Below are positions 60,439 to 64,000 of a stretch of DNA of 64,000 nucleotides, in pieces. Where the stretch lies: NCBI GenBank assembly GCA_043228905.1, contig JBHGNT010000017.1, forward strand, positions 15,252,001-15,316,000, given 5' to 3'. Under the pieces are notes generated by a model. It did not search any database, was not told the DNA's origin, and was given only the letters and a program-made list of their open reading frames with translations. The position numbers were made by a program, and so were the translations under genes. This DNA is from Azolla caroliniana (taxonomy: Eukaryota; Plantae; Polypodiophyta). The first letter of the stretch is position 1; each line of letters starts with the position of its first letter.

Positions 60439-63400
60439 TGTCGAATACATGTGTATAATGGACGTATTCACACTATCCCGTTTTGGCCATTTATGTAATT
60501 AGCATAAAGGGTAGTTGCCCTAAGTCGGTCACTATATATAGTGACCTTGTAACCTTTTTGTAAGGTTGGGTGTTGTATTATTGCTTTGTGGAATAAAGAG
60601 TCTTTTGTGTCTCTCTCTCTCTCTCTCTCTGTGAAACGATCTACAAACAGTCATACGCAGGTACTCAACAGCAGTCGAATGCTACTAGATCTTCCGCATT
60701 CACGGCCTCGTCCCCAACATCTGGTATCAGAGCCTGCACAGTAGTCGGTCCTTCAATCCGCTGTCGGCCGTCGTCTCTGCATTCGGTTTCCTGCGTCATT
60801 CGAAGAAGAGAGAAGAAGAAGAAAAACCAGGTTTGCATCTCATCGCGTTAGATCATCTTTGCTTGAAGTAAGCCAGCTGGTTGTACTCTGTTCCTTGTGA
60901 TCGTAACCGCTCGAGGTGAAATCCCCTTGTGCATCATTGACACGATCGTGCTCCACTCGGTTAAACGGCATCCGAAGAAGTCAACAAACGCTGCTCGCCG
61001 CTCGTTGTAACCACTCGGTGCAGATCGGTCTCAAGACAACAACCCCAATTCGTGCTTCATCCGGCTGATCGACATTCGAGAGGATCAGTTGGATCCATCT
61101 CTCTCGTCGCTGCAGTCACCCGAAGCCGAATCGGTCCAGATAATCGGTTTCAATAATCGGTATTCGGCATATATATCCGAAGCGAACCGGGCTCACTCCG
61201 ACTCGGCAACATTCGGGAAGACCAGTCGGTTCTGTCCCTCAAGCTACCGGAGTCAATTCGAGCCAGTTCCGAAGCCGAACCGACTCGGGTTCAAATCCGA
61301 CTAGAACGATATCGGGTGAGCCAACCGGCTGCACTCCAACAAGGTTTGTAGTCAACTCCGAACCGAGCTTCGTCAACCGAAACCGAATTTGATGGCATCA
61401 ACATCCGGCTCGTCAGAAATGAGTCTACGAAAGTTCGATGGATCGAACTTCAACTTCTGGAAGGAACAAATGCAGGACTATCTCATAGTCAAGGGACAAA
61501 TCGATCCCATCGAAAATGAAGAACCTCCAGAAGGATACAAACCAATTGAGTGGCAGAAGCTGGACAGAATCGTCCGCGCCACGATTCGGATGCACCTATC
61601 GGAATCGGTATACTTTACGGTGCAATCGTGTACGACAGCATTCGAACTGTGGAAAACACTGTCGGACACTTACGAAAAGAAGGTCGCCGCAACAAAGATG
61701 TTTCTGATCCGGCGCCTCTACAACTTGCGGATGAAAGAATCCGACTCGGTTCAAGCACACCTCAATGAGTACGAAAGCATAAGCTCCCAAATCTCGTCAC
61801 AGGGGACGGCAATCGAGGATGAACTCAGAGCAATGATACTCATGAGCAGCCTTCCCCCATCATGGGAAACTTTCGTCACAACTGTGTGCAACGCGTCAAC
61901 CACGGCTGTTAAATACTCCGAAGTCACGAGCGCAATCCTGACCGAAGCAGCTCGGAGAAAGTCTTTCGCCAAAGACTCAACAGAAGACGCTTATGTAGTA
62001 CAAGGTTCGACAGACCGATCGAACATACGAGGAAGAGATTCCTCACGACCGCCGAACAATCAGCGAAGACGGAGCCAGTCACGGGATAACCGAATCTGCA
62101 ACTATTGCAAGAAACCCGGACACATCAAAGCCGACTGCCGCGCACTCAAGAACAAGAACAACAAGAAGAGTGGCCGGCATGAGGAGATCAATTACGTCAG
62201 CTTCTCAGCTGATGTGCTACCAGACGACCCGAATATACTATCAATCGAAAATCCAGTCGGATCAGAAGCTCTATTCACGACTGAAGAATCGAGCACATGG
62301 CTCTTAGATTCAGGCGCGTCATTTCACGTGACCCCTCATCGATCCCAATTTCGGCAATATACGATCCGTCACTCCGACTCAGTTCGAGTCGGCAACTCGC
62401 AACACTGTGAGATCATCGGAATCGGCATAGTAGAGCTCAACCTTGCAGGTGGCTCTACACTTGTACTCCACAATGTCCGACATGTACCCGAGCTCTCAAG
62501 GCCATTGATCTCAGTCGGACAACTAGATGAAGACGGCATTCGTGCCGGTTTTTCTTCGGGAGGGTGGACACTCCACAGGGGGAACCTCCTGCTTGCTAGA
62601 GGACCCAAGATACACTCCCTGTATCCGTTACATGTTACGCTCAGAGAGGGTAACCTGTTTTTGGTGGATATTCCTGTGTCATCACTATGGCACAGAAGAT
62701 TAGGACACCTCAGCAAGGCCGGCATCACGCACCTATCTAGAGCCGGATACATCCCCAAACTCTCCTTCTCCGACCATCAATTCTGCGAGCATTGCCAGTA
62801 TGGCAAACAAGTAGCCGCATCACACCCGACATCAGCACCAAGAGAAACGAGACCTCTCGATTTAGTCCACTCGGACGTCTGCGGCCCAATGCCGCATCAG
62901 TCACTTTTATTGACGATTCGACTCGAAAGGTGTGGGCTTATCCAATTCGCACCAAAGATCGGGTCTTCTCGATCTTCTCAGATTGGCTCGCTATGGTAGA
63001 AAATCAAACCGGCCGAAAACTGAAATGCTTTCGGACCGACAATGGGGGAGAGTTCAAATCCGAAGAATTCGTCAAATTCTGCCGACAACGCGGCATCCGA
63101 CGTGAATTTACGGCACCACACAGTCCGGAGCAAAACGGGATTGCCGAACGCATGAATCGGACAATCCAAGAACGGATAGTTTCCATGCTCCAACACTCCG
63201 GACTGTCGGATGGCTTCTGGGCAGAGGCTCTACTCACGGCAGTACACATAATCAATATGTCGCCAAGTAGACCTCTAGGACTTCAAATTCCTCAGGAACT
63301 ATGGATCGGCAGTAAGCCGAATTACGACAAGCTGAGGATCTTCGGATGCGAGGCGTACGCCCTCATTCCGAAAGATGATCGCCGAAAACTTGCACCTCGG

Positions 63401-64000
63401 TCCAGGAAATGCATTTTCCTTGGATATGGATCCGACAGCGAAATGGGATACCGACTCTGGGACCCCGAACGCAGACAAATCGTTCGAAGTTCGGACGTTG
63501 TGTTCAACGAGTCGGCTATGAACCCATCAGTCGAAAAACCGATCGAAGTCCGAAGGGTAACATTTTCCGATGTGCCGACCCTTCAAGAAGGCCCCGCTCT
63601 CAACACACGGTCAGCTTCACGGGTAGCTGAACCTTACACCACCGACTCGGACAACTCCGACTCGGCACAGCAGAACAATCCGCTTTCGGACCATCCGACC
63701 TCGATACCCGATGCGACCAGTCCAATCATACCTCGACGATCCGAGAGACTGTCGCAACCTCCGGAGAGGTACTCTCCTGGAATTTTCTTCACCGACGCCG
63801 GCGAACCGACGTCTTACGAAGAAGCATCGACATCTGTCGATTCCGCCACCTGGCATCTGGCGATGGAGTCAGAAATGCACTCCATTCGGGCAAACAAGAC
63901 TTGGGATCTGGTCGAATTACCTAGGAACCGACGTGCTCTTCCTTGCAAGTGGGTTTATCGACTAAAAGAGACGTCTGATTCGACCACCCCAAAGTACAAG
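60439..64000 (+). mobile_element. second copy of copia family B, runs off the window end
   Basis: 5' LTR 60439-60719, PBS 60722-60733, coding region nearly identical to 45443-49456. Confidence 0.97.
61392..64000 (+). pseudogene. copia gag-pol with a 25-bp frameshifting deletion in integrase (~62902)
   Basis: Relative to the intact copy, tctaggcggtgcctcttacttcgtc is missing between GTC microhomologies. Confidence 0.88.

Overview
Eukaryotic (land-plant, probably fern or other non-seed plant; inferred) nuclear DNA. One host gene is present: a 13-exon, 701-codon CPSF73-II/INTS11 metallo-beta-lactamase/beta-CASP gene on the minus strand (29861-38829). Its first coding exon is triplicated inside a 76-bp hairpin-bearing repeat, and its promoter holds a 92-bp tandem array dense in W-box motifs. 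The rest is mostly transposon-derived: deeply nested Ty1/copia and Ty3/gypsy elements (1-16250 and 40086-64000), solo LTRs, a decayed hAT transposase, LINE fragments, a tRNA-Ile(UAU) pseudogene and several tandem arrays and fold-backs. One copia element (44969-50328) is intact and very young. Two Tf1/Tcn1-like chromovirus families show self-priming PBSs and a shared promoter hairpin; one has a tRNA-like (Pol III A/B-box) module in its LTR and is circularly permuted around a single LTR. A gypsy LTR family (TGTC...CACGACA) shows CpG-centred 4-bp target sites. All coordinates and alignments were read by eye; no database searches were run.
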